Assembly (NCBI GenBank): GCA_036718335.1
Contig: DAIMBN010000003.1
Location: 1,862 to 65,861, forward strand
Direction of reading: 5' to 3'
Length of the DNA: 64,000 nt
From: Coriobacteriaceae bacterium
Lineage (GTDB): Bacteria > Actinomycetota > Coriobacteriia > Coriobacteriales > Coriobacteriaceae
Shown in pieces: positions 8,487 to 17,515 of the stretch. Position 1 is the first letter of the stretch. The number at the start of each line of letters is the position of its first letter. The notes under the pieces are model-generated. The model saw only the letters and a program-made list of their open reading frames with translations. It searched no databases and had not been told where the DNA came from. The translations under genes were made by a program, and so were the position numbers.

Positions 8487-9650
8487 ATGCAGGCATCGCA
8501 GCGTCTCGACCGCTTTGGCGCGGAGGTCTTCGCCTCGCTCAACAACAAGCTTCTCGCGCTGAAGGCTCAGGGCAAGACCATTTACAACATGAGCGTGGGC
8601 ACGCCCGACTTTAAGCCGTACGACCATGTGGTCGAGGCGCTCACGCAAGCAGCCCAAGATCCCGAGATGTGGAAGTATGCCCTGCGTGACCTGCCCGAAC
8701 TCAAGCAGGCCGTGTGCGATTACTATGAGCGTCGCTTTGGCGTTTCGGGCATTACGCCGTCCATGGTGCAGTCGTGCAACGGCACGCAGGAGGGCGTGGG
8801 CCATTTGGGCCTGGCCCTGCTCGATCCGGGCGACACTATTTTGGTTCCCGATCCGTGCTACCCGGTCTTTGAGGCGGGTGCCAAGATCGCCGATGCCAAG
8901 CTCGAATACTATCCGCTGGTTGCCGAGCATAATTACCTGCCCTATGTGGCGGGTATCGATCCCGAGGTGGCCGATCGTGCCAAGTATATGATCGTGTCGC
9001 TGCCCGCCAACCCGGTGGGCTCGGTGGGCACGCCCGAGGTCTACGAGGAGATCATCGCTTTCGCCCGCGAGCACGACCTGCTGATCGTCCATGACAACGC
9101 ATACTCCGACATCGTGTTCGACGGCGAGCCGGGCGGCAGCTTCTTGCAGTATCCCGGTGCGCTTGAGGTGGGCGTGGAGTTCTTCTCGCTCTCCAAGTCG
9201 TTTAACGTCACCGGTGCCCGCATCGGCTTTTTGGTCGGTCGCGAGGATGTGGTCTCGGCCTTTGCCAAGCTGCGCGGCCAGATCGACTTTGGCATGTTCT
9301 TCCCGATCCAGAAGGCCGCCATCGCCTGCCTGAACGGTCCGCGCGATGAGGTCGAGGCGCAGCGTCTGAAGTACCAGGAGCGCCGCGATGCCCTGTGCGA
9401 CGGTCTTGAGGGCCTGGGCTGGGAGCGCCCCAACGCGCATGGCTCTATGTTTGTGTGGGCCAAGCTTCCCGGTGGCCGCACCGATTCCATGGCGTTTTGC
9501 GAGGAGCTCATGGAGAAGGCCGGCGTTGTGGTGACGCCGGGTGCGAGCTTTGGTCCTTCGGGCGAGGGGCACGTGCGCATGGCGCTGGTCCTGCCGCCCG
9601 ACCAGATCGCTTTGGCTGTCGAGGCCATTCGCGAGGCGGGCTTGTATTAG
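8487..9650 (+). CDS. Class I/II PLP-dependent aminotransferase (possibly the DAP-pathway aminotransferase)
   Basis: Start ATG 8487 (MQASQRLDRFGAEVF...) with upstream GAAAGGTGG. PLP-lysine motif SLSKSFNVTGARIGF. The DAP role is inferred only from the nearby lysine genes. Confidence 0.8.
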   Translation: MQASQRLDRFGAEVFASLNNKLLALKAQGKTIYNMSVGTPDFKPYDHVVEALTQAAQDPEMWKYALRDLPELKQAVCDYYERRFGVSGITPSMVQSCNGTQEGVGHLGLALLDPGDTILVPDPCYPVFEAGAKIADAKLEYYPLVAEHNYLPYVAGIDPEVADRAKYMIVSLPANPVGSVGTPEVYEEIIAFAREHDLLIVHDNAYSDIVFDGEPGGSFLQYPGALEVGVEFFSLSKSFNVTGARIGFLVGREDVVSAFAKLRGQIDFGMFFPIQKAAIACLNGPRDEVEAQRLKYQERRDALCDGLEGLGWERPNAHGSMFVWAKLPGGRTDSMAFCEELMEKAGVVVTPGASFGPSGEGHVRMALVLPPDQIALAVEAIREAGLY

Positions 9651-9851
9651 AAAGGTATTTTGGCTCGTCAATAGCTCGAAACCGATTTCGTGCAGTTATT
9701 TTACGAATTCTGCAAACAATTTCGGTAAACGGTCGATTTTTGGCTGCGAATAGGAGCATAATCAAAGTCCCGATTGGATGTATTGGGATTACGGCAAGCC
9801 GCTCGGGTCGTTCCCGGGCGGCTTGTTTGTGGAGAGAGATGGGAGTTTCTA

Positions 9852-10802
9852 ATGGTTAACGAGAAGAAGGTCGCTATTGTCGGCTGCGGTTTCGTCGGTT
9901 CGTCTTCGGCGTTCGCGCTGATGCAGAGTGGTCTGTTCTCCGAGATGGTCCTCATCGACGTGGACAAGAACCGCGCCGAGGGTGAGGCCCTGGATATCGC
10001 GCACGGCATGACGTTTGCCGAGCCGATGAAGATCTACGCCGGCGATTATTCCGATGTCGCCGACGCCGCCATGATTGTCGTCACCGCTGGCGCTGCCCAG
10101 AAGCCCGGTGAGACCCGCCTGGACCTGGTCAACAAGAACGTCAACATCTTTAAGTCCATTATCCCCGAGATTAAGAAGTCCGGCTTCGACGGCATTCTGC
10201 TCATCGTCTCCAACCCGGTCGATGTTCTGACCTACGCCGCCATCAAGATGTCCGGCCTGCCCGAGGGCCACGTCATCGGTTCCGGTACCGTGCTCGACAC
10301 CGGCCGTCTGCAGCAGATGCTTGGTGCCCACGTCGAGGTTGACCCGCGCGACGTTCAGGCCTATGTCATGGGTGAGCACGGCGACTCCGAGTTCGTCGCT
10401 TGGTCCAGCGCCCAGGTTGCCGGCGTGCCGCTGAACACCTTCTGCGAGCTTCACGGCCATCTGGAGCATGAGGCCGCCGAGAAGCGCATCGCCGAGGACG
10501 TCAAGAACTCCGCCTACACCATCATCGAGAAGAAGCACGCCACCTACTATGGCGTCGCCATGGCCGTCAAGCGCATCTGCACCGCCGTCATGCGCGATGA
10601 ACAGACCGTTCTGCCCGTCTCCTCGCTCATGGTGGGCGAGTATGGCCTGTCCGATCTTGCCATCTCTATGCCGACCGTCGTTGGCCGCGACGGCGTTGTC
10701 TGCCGCGTCCCCGTGCCGCTGGACGATGACGAGCAGCATGAGCTCACCGCCTCCGCCAAGGCCCTCAAGGACATCATCGACAGCGTCGACTTCTCCTGCT
10801 AA
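9852..10802 (+). CDS. ldh: L-lactate dehydrogenase
   Basis: MVNEKKVAIVGCGFVGSSSAFAL Rossmann motif; GEHGDSE catalytic His region; typical length of about 316 aa. Confidence 0.9.
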   Translation: MVNEKKVAIVGCGFVGSSSAFALMQSGLFSEMVLIDVDKNRAEGEALDIAHGMTFAEPMKIYAGDYSDVADAAMIVVTAGAAQKPGETRLDLVNKNVNIFKSIIPEIKKSGFDGILLIVSNPVDVLTYAAIKMSGLPEGHVIGSGTVLDTGRLQQMLGAHVEVDPRDVQAYVMGEHGDSEFVAWSSAQVAGVPLNTFCELHGHLEHEAAEKRIAEDVKNSAYTIIEKKHATYYGVAMAVKRICTAVMRDEQTVLPVSSLMVGEYGLSDLAISMPTVVGRDGVVCRVPVPLDDDEQHELTASAKALKDIIDSVDFSC

Positions 10803-10867
10803 ATCAAGCTCGCTAGAGCGAAAAGCTACAATGAAGGCGTCCGAGTCCACGCGGCCCGGGCGCTTTT

Positions 10868-10910
10868 TTGGTGCAAAGTAACCTGACCCCAATGCACTAT
10901 AGTCGATGGG
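10868..10910 (+). repeat. 43-bp direct repeat, copy 1 (TTGGTGCAAAGTAACCTGACCCCAATGCAC...)
   Basis: About 36/43 identical to 12080-12122. It lies between the ldh terminator T-run and the start of the DUF2974 gene. Confidence 0.7.
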
Positions 10911-10916
10911 AGGGCC

Positions 10917-12077
10917 ATGTCGGATTCGCCTAATTTTTTGACCTATGCCCAGACGGCGTTTGATCCGTTTGAGGAGCGGCCGTTCTGCGCGGTGGATAGC
11001 CTGGTCTTTGCGTGGTTGTCCTATTTGCGTTTGCCGGGTGATATGGCGGAGCTGACGAACTGGCAGGGCCTAGACGTATGCGAGCTGCTGCGTGCCGAGT
11101 GCTATCGGGACATGATTGACGACTTGTGGGACCCGGAGGGGAGCAGGGCCTTGTTGGAGGCCGTGGCAGCAAGTCCTCGCTACCGTGGCGTGCACGTTTG
11201 CGGCTATCGTGCTGTGAGCGATGTGGTGGCGACGGAGCAGTTTGCAGCCATGGCGTTCCGGTTTCCGGCGGGGTTTAGTTACCTTTCCTTCCGGGGGACC
11301 GACAGCACGATTGTGGGTTGGAAAGAGGACTTTAACATGGCGTTCCGGTGTCCTGTGCCGGCCCAGGAATCCGCGGCACGTTATGTGGACGAGGCGGCGG
11401 ATGCGATTGACGGGCCGCTTTTGTGCGGAGGTCATTCCAAGGGTGGAAACCTTGCGGTGTACGGTGCGGCAATGTGCTCCGATGTCGCCCGTGAGCGAAT
11501 CGAACGGGCATATTCCCATGATGGTCCGGGTTTCGTCGAGGAGTTCCTGAACGGCGACGCCTTTGCCGATCTTTCCGGTCGAATCGACAAGACGCTACCT
11601 CGGTCGTCGATCTTTGGCATGATGTTCGAGACACAGGAGGACTATGCCATCGTTGAGAGCACCGAGTTCAGCCTGCTGCAACACAATCCCTTTAGCTGGG
11701 TGGTTGATGGTCGCGACTTCGTGTACTGCGAGCGCCTGTCCGCCGGTGCTCGATACGTTGATGGCTCTATTCGCGAGATGCTGCTTGCAGTGTCGCCTAG
11801 CGAGCGCGAGCGTTTTGTAGATGCGTTGTTCTCCGTGTTTGAGGCTACGGGTGCTGAGCGGTTTGCGGATATCGCTGGGAATCTGCGCGAGAGCCTGCCC
11901 GTGATGCTCCAGGCTGCGCAAGGCTTTGACAAGGATACGCGACGCTTTGTCTCGCAGACCATCGCGGCAATCCTTAAATGCGCACTGCTGCCCAAACGAC
12001 CCCAGATCGACATGCCCGCTGCCGGCAAGAGTTTGGCAGAACAGCTCGAGGCTTGGCAGTCCGAGCTCCTGCGCTAG
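10917..12077 (+). CDS. DUF2974 / Mbeg1-like alpha/beta-hydrolase-fold protein
   Basis: 386-aa ORF with the lipase-like nucleophile elbow GGHSKGGNLAVYGA typical of DUF2974. Confidence 0.7.
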   Translation: MSDSPNFLTYAQTAFDPFEERPFCAVDSLVFAWLSYLRLPGDMAELTNWQGLDVCELLRAECYRDMIDDLWDPEGSRALLEAVAASPRYRGVHVCGYRAVSDVVATEQFAAMAFRFPAGFSYLSFRGTDSTIVGWKEDFNMAFRCPVPAQESAARYVDEAADAIDGPLLCGGHSKGGNLAVYGAAMCSDVARERIERAYSHDGPGFVEEFLNGDAFADLSGRIDKTLPRSSIFGMMFETQEDYAIVESTEFSLLQHNPFSWVVDGRDFVYCERLSAGARYVDGSIREMLLAVSPSERERFVDALFSVFEATGAERFADIAGNLRESLPVMLQAAQGFDKDTRRFVSQTIAAILKCALLPKRPQIDMPAAGKSLAEQLEAWQSELLR

Positions 12078-12079
12078 CC

Positions 12080-12122
12080 ATTGGTGCAAAGCAACCTGTC
12101 CCCGATGCACCAATCTTCGATG
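12080..12122 (+). repeat. 43-bp direct repeat, copy 2 (contains 9-bp inverted repeat ATTGGTGCA-N17-TGCACCAAT)
   Basis: TTGGTGCAAAGCAACCTGTCCCCGATGCACCAATCTTCGATG, immediately after the DUF2974 stop. Confidence 0.7.
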
Positions 12123-12179
12123 CGCCTGGGGCGGGCTCGACCGCTATACTGGTTCGTGCCGAAATCGATCTAGAACGGA

Positions 12180-13193
12180 ATGCCGTATATGAAAATCAAT
12201 CACGCGATTCTGCATATCCTGGACTTTGACTCTGCCGTCAACGTTATGAGCCAGCGCGAGCTCGATATCGAGAGTCGTACCGTGCGCAACTTCGTGACCA
12301 CGCATCTGCGCCGCGCACGCACCTCGGCCGACAACAAACGCGCCACGTTTGCCGAGAGCTCTGCGTTTGGTGGCGAGCTCAAGGGCTATTTCTTTGGCGA
12401 GCGCGAGTTCGTGGACCTGTCGCAGCAGATTGCGGAGTTTATTTCCTCCGAGCTCACCAAAGCCGAGAAAGCCGAGTCCACCGACGTGCTCGTGGCCGAT
12501 TTTGACGACGATGAGGATGCCCGCTGGTTTGCCGTGATGCTGCTGGGCTCCAAGCAGGCTTTTATGCACGAAGTGGGCCGCGAGGAGGGGGAGGTGCGCA
12601 ACGACATCGCGCGCCACTACGCCATTCTGCCAAACCCCTCGCAAAAGGTGCCGAGCTATGCCATCGTGCGCGCGAGTACCATGGAGATCGGCTACGTGGA
12701 CAAGAAGCGCAAGATTGCCGGCGAGGACCGTATGCTTATCCCCGATGGCCTGCTGCAGTGCGACACGGGCGTATCGGGCAAGGAGGTCATCGACACCGTG
12801 ACGCGTGTGGTCGAGGAAGTCGCCGAGGAGCACGGTGCCAACACGGCTGTAGCGCTCGCCAAGGTTAAGGCTGCCGTTGCCGAGAAGGTCGAGGATGACG
12901 AGGAGCTGCCGCCTTGGGATATCGTCGACGAGGTCTTTGAGGACGAACCGGTTATCAAGGAGAGTGTGCGCGCGGCACTGACCGAGGAGAAAGTGCCTGA
13001 GCGTGTGCCCGTGGAGCGCAAGCAGGTCGAACGCGCGGCGGTGCGCAATCATAAGATCCGTACCGACACGGGTATCGAGATCAGCTTCCCGGCCGAGATG
13101 GGCTCGAACTCCGAGTACATCGAGTTTGTCAACGAACCCAACGGCCTCATCTCCATCGAGCTCAAAAACATCGGCAGCATCGAGAATCGATAA
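12180..13193 (+). CDS. Nucleoid-associated protein (NdpA/YejK-like, 37-kDa NAP family)
   Basis: The N-terminus MKINHAILHILDFDS is characteristic of Gram-positive members of this family. 337 aa. The start is ATG 12180 or 12189. Confidence 0.6.
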   Translation: MPYMKINHAILHILDFDSAVNVMSQRELDIESRTVRNFVTTHLRRARTSADNKRATFAESSAFGGELKGYFFGEREFVDLSQQIAEFISSELTKAEKAESTDVLVADFDDDEDARWFAVMLLGSKQAFMHEVGREEGEVRNDIARHYAILPNPSQKVPSYAIVRASTMEIGYVDKKRKIAGEDRMLIPDGLLQCDTGVSGKEVIDTVTRVVEEVAEEHGANTAVALAKVKAAVAEKVEDDEELPPWDIVDEVFEDEPVIKESVRAALTEEKVPERVPVERKQVERAAVRNHKIRTDTGIEISFPAEMGSNSEYIEFVNEPNGLISIELKNIGSIENR

Positions 13194-13220
13194 GTTGCGT
13201 TACGCCTGCAGCGAGAAAGC

Positions 13221-13255
13221 AAAGGCCGAAGCCCCTTGGGGTTTCGGCCTTTTTA
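13221..13255 (+). terminator. Intrinsic terminator after the NAP gene
   Basis: AAAGGCCGAAGCCCC TTGG GGTTTCGGCCTTTTT. Confidence 0.75.
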
Positions 13256-13278
13256 CGTGGGGCTTAATTACGCTACTG

Positions 13279-13483
13279 GTTGAGCATAAGTCAGCGAAAA
13301 CGCCCCTAGGCGAGCAAGGTGACGTGAAAGAGGAGGGAAGCGTACTTCGGTACGCGACCGACGATTGAACGTCAGATTGCCGCTTAGGGGCGTTTGCAGC
13401 GTCGACCGGTCCGTCGTTCGTCAGAACGACGGAACCAAAGGTGTAGCGTCGACTAGTTACGCGGTTTGGTAAAACCGCGTAAC
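13279..13483 (-). repeat. Family-1 structured intergenic repeat, copy A (minus orientation, directly 3' of dapH)
   Basis: The reverse complement aligns with 35048-35194 and 60921-61079. It shares the blocks GTTACGCGGTTTTACCAAACCGCGTAAC, TCGACGCTGCAAAC, GCAATCTGACGTTCAATCGTCG, CTCTTTCACGTCACCTTGCTCG and GTTTTCGCTGACTTATGCTCAACC. It also carries an extra ~50-nt hairpin insert. Confidence 0.85.
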
Positions 13484-13484
13484 C

Positions 13485-14204
13485 CTACAGCTGGCGCAGG
13501 CCTTCCTCGAGACCGGTCTTGCTGTCGGTCTTCTCGTCACGCATCTTGATGACGCGGGCGGGAACACCGGCCACGACGGCGCCGGCGGGGACGTCCTCGA
13601 CGCATACGGCACCGGCAGCCACGACGGCGCCCTTGCCCACGCGCACGCCCTCCAGGACCACGGCGTTGGCGCCAATCATGACATCATCCTCGATGATGAC
13701 GGGCGTGGCGCTGGCGGGCTCAACGACGCCTGCCAGTACGGCGCCGGCGCCGATGTGGCAGTTCCTGCCCACGGTGGCGCGGCCGCCCAGGACGGCGCCC
13801 ATATCAATCATAGAGCCCTCGCCGATAACGGAGCCGATGTTGATGATAGCGCCCATCATAATGACGGCGCGGTCGCCGATCTCGACGCGGTCGCGAATGA
13901 TCGCACCCGGCTCAATGCGGGCGTTGATGCCCTTAAGGTCTAGCATGGGGACGGCGGAATTGCGGCAGTCATTCTCGACGTCGTAGTAGTCGATGGAGTC
14001 GGCATTGGCATCGAGGATGGCTTTGAGCTCATCCCAGTCGCCAAAGACGGTCTTGCCACGACGACCGCCGTAGACGTGCGCATTGCCCCACTGGACCTTC
14101 ATGCCGGGCTTTTCACGCACGTACAGCTTGACGGGCGTCTTTTTAGGCGCGGTGGCGATGTAGTTGATAATCTCCTGTGCATCCATCTCGGCTGCGCTGC
14201 TCAT
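13485..14204 (-). CDS. dapH: 2,3,4,5-tetrahydropyridine-2,6-dicarboxylate N-acetyltransferase (hexapeptide-repeat, DapH type)
   Basis: 239 aa. The N-terminal domain and the left-handed beta-helix hexapeptide repeats ([38 protein letters not shown]) are typical of DapH. AAAGGAGAG lies upstream of the ATG. Confidence 0.85.
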   Translation of the reverse strand: MSSAAEMDAQEIINYIATAPKKTPVKLYVREKPGMKVQWGNAHVYGGRRGKTVFGDWDELKAILDANADSIDYYDVENDCRNSAVPMLDLKGINARIEPGAIIRDRVEIGDRAVIMMGAIINIGSVIGEGSMIDMGAVLGGRATVGRNCHIGAGAVLAGVVEPASATPVIIEDDVMIGANAVVLEGVRVGKGAVVAAGAVCVEDVPAGAVVAGVPARVIKMRDEKTDSKTGLEEGLRQL

Positions 14205-14243
14205 TTGCTATCTCTCCTTTGGGCGGATTCGGTTGATACCTGG

Positions 14244-14984
14244 TTAGGCAAACATGACCTGGTCAAACGTATAGAAGCCGTGCTCACGGGTGACGAGCTT
14301 CTGCGCGGCTGCCAGGGCGCCGTTGACGAAGATCTGACGGCTCGTGGCGCGATGCGTGAGCGTGACTTCCTCGTCCTGGCCAAAGAAACTCACTTCGTGC
14401 ACGCCGGCGACAGTGCCACCGCGCAGCGAGTGCATGCCGATTTCCTTGGGGTCACGCGCGCCGCACATGCCCTCGCGGCCATAGACGGGGTGGTAGCCTG
14501 CCTCGGGCTCGGCTTCGGCGACGGCGTCGAGCAACAACTTGGCGGTGCCGCTGGGAGCGTCGACCTTTTGGTTGTGGTGCGTCTCGACAATCTCGCAGTC
14601 AAAGCCGGGCAGCTCGCGCGTGGCCTGTGCTACCAGATGACGCAGGGCTGCGATACCGATGGAGTAATTGCCGGAGTGCATGACGCGGGTGCTCTGACCC
14701 AGCTCGCGCAGGCGATCCATCTGATCGGGTGTGTAGCCCGTGGTGCCCGAGACCAACGCGGCACCCGTGCGCTCGACATAGGTGACGATGGCATCGAAGG
14801 TCACGACGTTCGAGAAGTCGATGATGACGTCGGCTGCCGGGGCGCTCTCGAGCTCGGACAGATCAAAACCGATCTGGGCGACGATATCAAAAACGGGCTG
14901 ACCGGCGGCGTCGACAACGCCCTCGGCGGTAGTGCGGATGAGCGAGCCCATGCGGCCCGTTCCCATAATGACGGTCTTAATCAA
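14244..14984 (-). CDS. dapB: 4-hydroxy-tetrahydrodipicolinate reductase
   Basis: MIKTVIMGTGRMG Rossmann start; the E(T)HHNQKVDAPSGTA motif is diagnostic of DapB. The start overlaps the end of the lysA-dapA ORF by 8 nt. Confidence 0.9.
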   Translation of the reverse strand: MIKTVIMGTGRMGSLIRTTAEGVVDAAGQPVFDIVAQIGFDLSELESAPAADVIIDFSNVVTFDAIVTYVERTGAALVSGTTGYTPDQMDRLRELGQSTRVMHSGNYSIGIAALRHLVAQATRELPGFDCEIVETHHNQKVDAPSGTAKLLLDAVAEAEPEAGYHPVYGREGMCGARDPKEIGMHSLRGGTVAGVHEVSFFGQDEEVTLTHRATSRQIFVNGALAAAQKLVTREHGFYTFDQVMFA

Positions 14985-17283
14985 GCAGACCAGCCCCCTT
15001 CAGAGCATCGGTAAGTGCAGAGCGCGTGTCGTCTGCCATGGGGCACAGCGGCATGCGGTAGTTTGCCTCGATCATACCCATCTGGGCGAGCGCCTCTTTG
15101 ACGGGGATGGGGTTGACCTCACTAAAGAGGGCATTGATGAGCGGCTGGCCGGCAATTTGGATATCGCGGGCACGCGCCACGTCACCGTCCAAATAGGCGC
15201 GGCACATGTCATGCACGAGCTGCGGCTGCACGTCTGCCCACACGCTGATGGTGCCCGAGGCGCCCAGGCTCATGAGCGGCACGGTAAGCGCGTCCTCGCC
15301 CGAGTACATGCGGAAGTCGTCTGACAGCAGGTGGGCGATCTTGGCCGCGTAGGCGACGTTGCCCGAGGCCTCCTTAATACCCATGATGTTGGGGTGCGCG
15401 GCCAGGCGCTCTACGTTGCGCTCGCTGATGCCGCAGCCACAGCGGCCGGGGATGTTGTACAGGATGCAGGGGATGTCCACGGCATCGGCGACGGTCTTAA
15501 AGTGCCGATAGATACCCTCTTCATTGGACTTGTTGTAGTAGGGGGTGATGAGCAGCAGACCGTCGGCGCCCAGGCCCTGATAGGTGAGCGACTTGGTGAG
15601 CATGGTCTGCGTGGAGTTGGAGCCCGAGCCGGCGATGACGGGGACGCGTCCTGCAACATGCTTGACCACGGCGGCGACGACGGAGTTGTCCTCGTCATCG
15701 GTCATCGTGGCACTCTCACCGGTGGTGCCCAGGGTGAGGATGGCGTCGGTGCCATTTTGCAAGTGGAAATCGATAAGGCGCTCGAGCGCGTCAAAGTCGA
15801 CGCTGCCGTCCTTTTTAAACGGCGTGACGAGGGCGACGATCGAGCCCTCGAGGTTGCGGATATCCATGTTCTTCTCCTTCGCTTCCGCGATCTGGATGCG
15901 TTTGTTCCATTGGGCGACGGCCAGGCGCTCGTCCTGAGCGCGACGGCGGGCGCTTTCGGCGCGCGATTTGGCCAGCAGCTCGCGGCCGCACGGCAGCACG
16001 TCGAGCGTGGCAAAGTAATCACCCGGGCGCTCGGCGCGGCGAATGAGGTCTGCCGAGCCATCGGGGCGCAGCAGGACCTCGGCGGAGCGCAGGCGGCCGT
16101 TGTAGTTGTAGCCCATAGAGTGGCCATGCGCGCCGGTGTCGTGAATCACGAGCAGGTCGCCCATGTCGATATGCGGAAGCTCGCGGTCGATGGCGAACTT
16201 GTCATTGTTCTCGCACAGATTGCCCGTGATGTCGTACGTGTTCGTGACGGGGGCTGCGGTTTTATCGGGACCGTCTGGCTGACCCATCACCGTAATGTGG
16301 TGGTAGGCGCCATACATGGCAGGGCGAATCAAATCGACGGCACTTGCATCGACACCGATATAGTCCTTGTAGATCTGCTTCTCGTGGATGGCCTTGGTGA
16401 CCAGGCAGCCGTAGGGGCCCATCATAAAGCGGCCCATCTCGGTGCAGATGGCCACATCGCCCATGCCGGCGGGAACCAGAATCTCGTCGTATGCCGCGTG
16501 TACTCCCTCGCCGATGGCGTGAATGTCGTTGGCCTGCTGCTCGGGCAGGTAGGGGATGCCGACTCCGCCGGACAGATTGATGAAGGCGACGTGTGCGCCG
16601 GTCTCGCGCTCCAAGCGCACGGCGAGCTCAAAGAGGATGCGCGCGAGCTTGGGGTAGTAGTCGTTGGTGACGGTGTTGCTGGCAAGGAATGCGTGGATGC
16701 CAAAGTCCTCGGCGCCCTTGGTTTTGAGCATGCGGAACGCCTCGAAGAGTTGTTCGGTGGTCATGCCGTACTTGGAGTCGCCCGGGTTGTCCATGATGCC
16801 GTTGGAGAGCTGGAATAGGCCGCCTGGATTAAAGCGGCAACTGACCGTTTTGGGGATGGGCCCCGCAACACGCTCAAAGAACTCGATGTGGCTGATGTCG
16901 TCAAAGTTGACGATGGCACCCAACTTGTCGGCGAGCTCAAAGTCGGCCGCCGGCGTGTCGTTGGACGAGAACATGATGTCGTGTCCCGTGATACCCAGCG
17001 AGCGGGCGATCATGAGCTCGGTATAGCTCGAGCAATCACAGCCGCAGCCGTATTCGTTGAGAATGGAGATGAGCGCCGGGTTGGGATTGGCCTTGACGGC
17101 AAAGTATTCCTTAAAGCCCGGGTTCCATGCAAAGGCGTCGCGCACTTCTTGCATGTTGCGGCGGATGCCCGCCTCGTCGTATAGATGAAACGGCGTGGGG
17201 AACTGCTCGACGATATGCTCGAGCGTCTCCTTGTCCACAAACGGCTGCTTGGCCGCATATGCTTCGTTGGGGGTCAATGCCAT
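14977..17283 (-). CDS. lysA-dapA: Single 768-aa ORF fusing diaminopimelate decarboxylase (N-terminal, about 15868-17283) to 4-hydroxy-tetrahydrodipicolinate synthase (C-terminal, 14977-15867)
   Basis: LysA part: FAVKANPNP PLP-lysine region and an Orn/DAP decarboxylase-like barrel. DapA part: MDIRNLEGSIVALVTPF...LGTTGES...IKEASG. There is no stop between the two parts. An internal AAGGAG-N6-ATG at 15865-15867 could also start a separate DapA. Confidence 0.8.
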   Translation of the reverse strand: MALTPNEAYAAKQPFVDKETLEHIVEQFPTPFHLYDEAGIRRNMQEVRDAFAWNPGFKEYFAVKANPNPALISILNEYGCGCDCSSYTELMIARSLGITGHDIMFSSNDTPAADFELADKLGAIVNFDDISHIEFFERVAGPIPKTVSCRFNPGGLFQLSNGIMDNPGDSKYGMTTEQLFEAFRMLKTKGAEDFGIHAFLASNTVTNDYYPKLARILFELAVRLERETGAHVAFINLSGGVGIPYLPEQQANDIHAIGEGVHAAYDEILVPAGMGDVAICTEMGRFMMGPYGCLVTKAIHEKQIYKDYIGVDASAVDLIRPAMYGAYHHITVMGQPDGPDKTAAPVTNTYDITGNLCENNDKFAIDRELPHIDMGDLLVIHDTGAHGHSMGYNYNGRLRSAEVLLRPDGSADLIRRAERPGDYFATLDVLPCGRELLAKSRAESARRRAQDERLAVAQWNKRIQIAEAKEKNMDIRNLEGSIVALVTPFKKDGSVDFDALERLIDFHLQNGTDAILTLGTTGESATMTDDEDNSVVAAVVKHVAGRVPVIAGSGSNSTQTMLTKSLTYQGLGADGLLLITPYYNKSNEEGIYRHFKTVADAVDIPCILYNIPGRCGCGISERNVERLAAHPNIMGIKEASGNVAYAAKIAHLLSDDFRMYSGEDALTVPLMSLGASGTISVWADVQPQLVHDMCRAYLDGDVARARDIQIAGQPLINALFSEVNPIPVKEALAQMGMIEANYRMPLCPMADDTRSALTDALKGAGLLD

Positions 17284-17339
17284 GTCCCGTAAACCTCGCT
17301 ATCCAGACGGCGCCATCTGCGCATCGAATCCGCATAGCG

Positions 17340-17515
17340 TGGACCCAATGTCCGGATAGCGCTCCCGCATTGCTGCAGACAGTCCTGCGGGTGTTTCCCG
17401 CAGGCCCACCAGGTTGTTCGTGCCTGAAAAACCCAGTTCGGCGGGTTTCGCCTCCCCGCGGGGTCAAAGCCTGCCGGCTCGCCCGCGGCTCTTCGTGCCC
17501 GCGCCTCTATCAAGT
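17340..17515 (-). promoter_or_regulatory. Lysine riboswitch (L-box) in the leader of the lysA-dapA-dapB-dapH operon
   Basis: The minus-strand leader reads ...GATAGAGGCGCGGGCACGAAGAGCCGCGGGCGAGCCGGCAGGC...GGGGAGGCGAAACCCGCCGAACTGGG...GGACTGTCTGCAGCAATGCGGGAGCGCTATCC. This matches L-box hallmarks: AGAGGCGC at the 5' end, GGGGAG...GCCGAA, and ACTGTC...GGAGCGCTATC at the 3' end. Confidence 0.8.

Noticed and set aside
9690-9720. Possible Rex operator (TTTACGAATTCTGCAAA) upstream of ldh
   Set aside because: It is only a 6/9 half-site palindrome and a poor match to TTGTGAA-N4-TTCACAA. It is too weak to call without a PWM scan.
13003-13368. ORFs overlapping the family-1 repeats (13003-13368 +, 34880-35137 -, 60919-61131 +, 60989-61258 -, 61002-61184 +)
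   Set aside because: They run through repeated palindromic DNA in different frames in each copy, and substitutions between copies preserve base pairing rather than amino acids. I treat them as non-coding.
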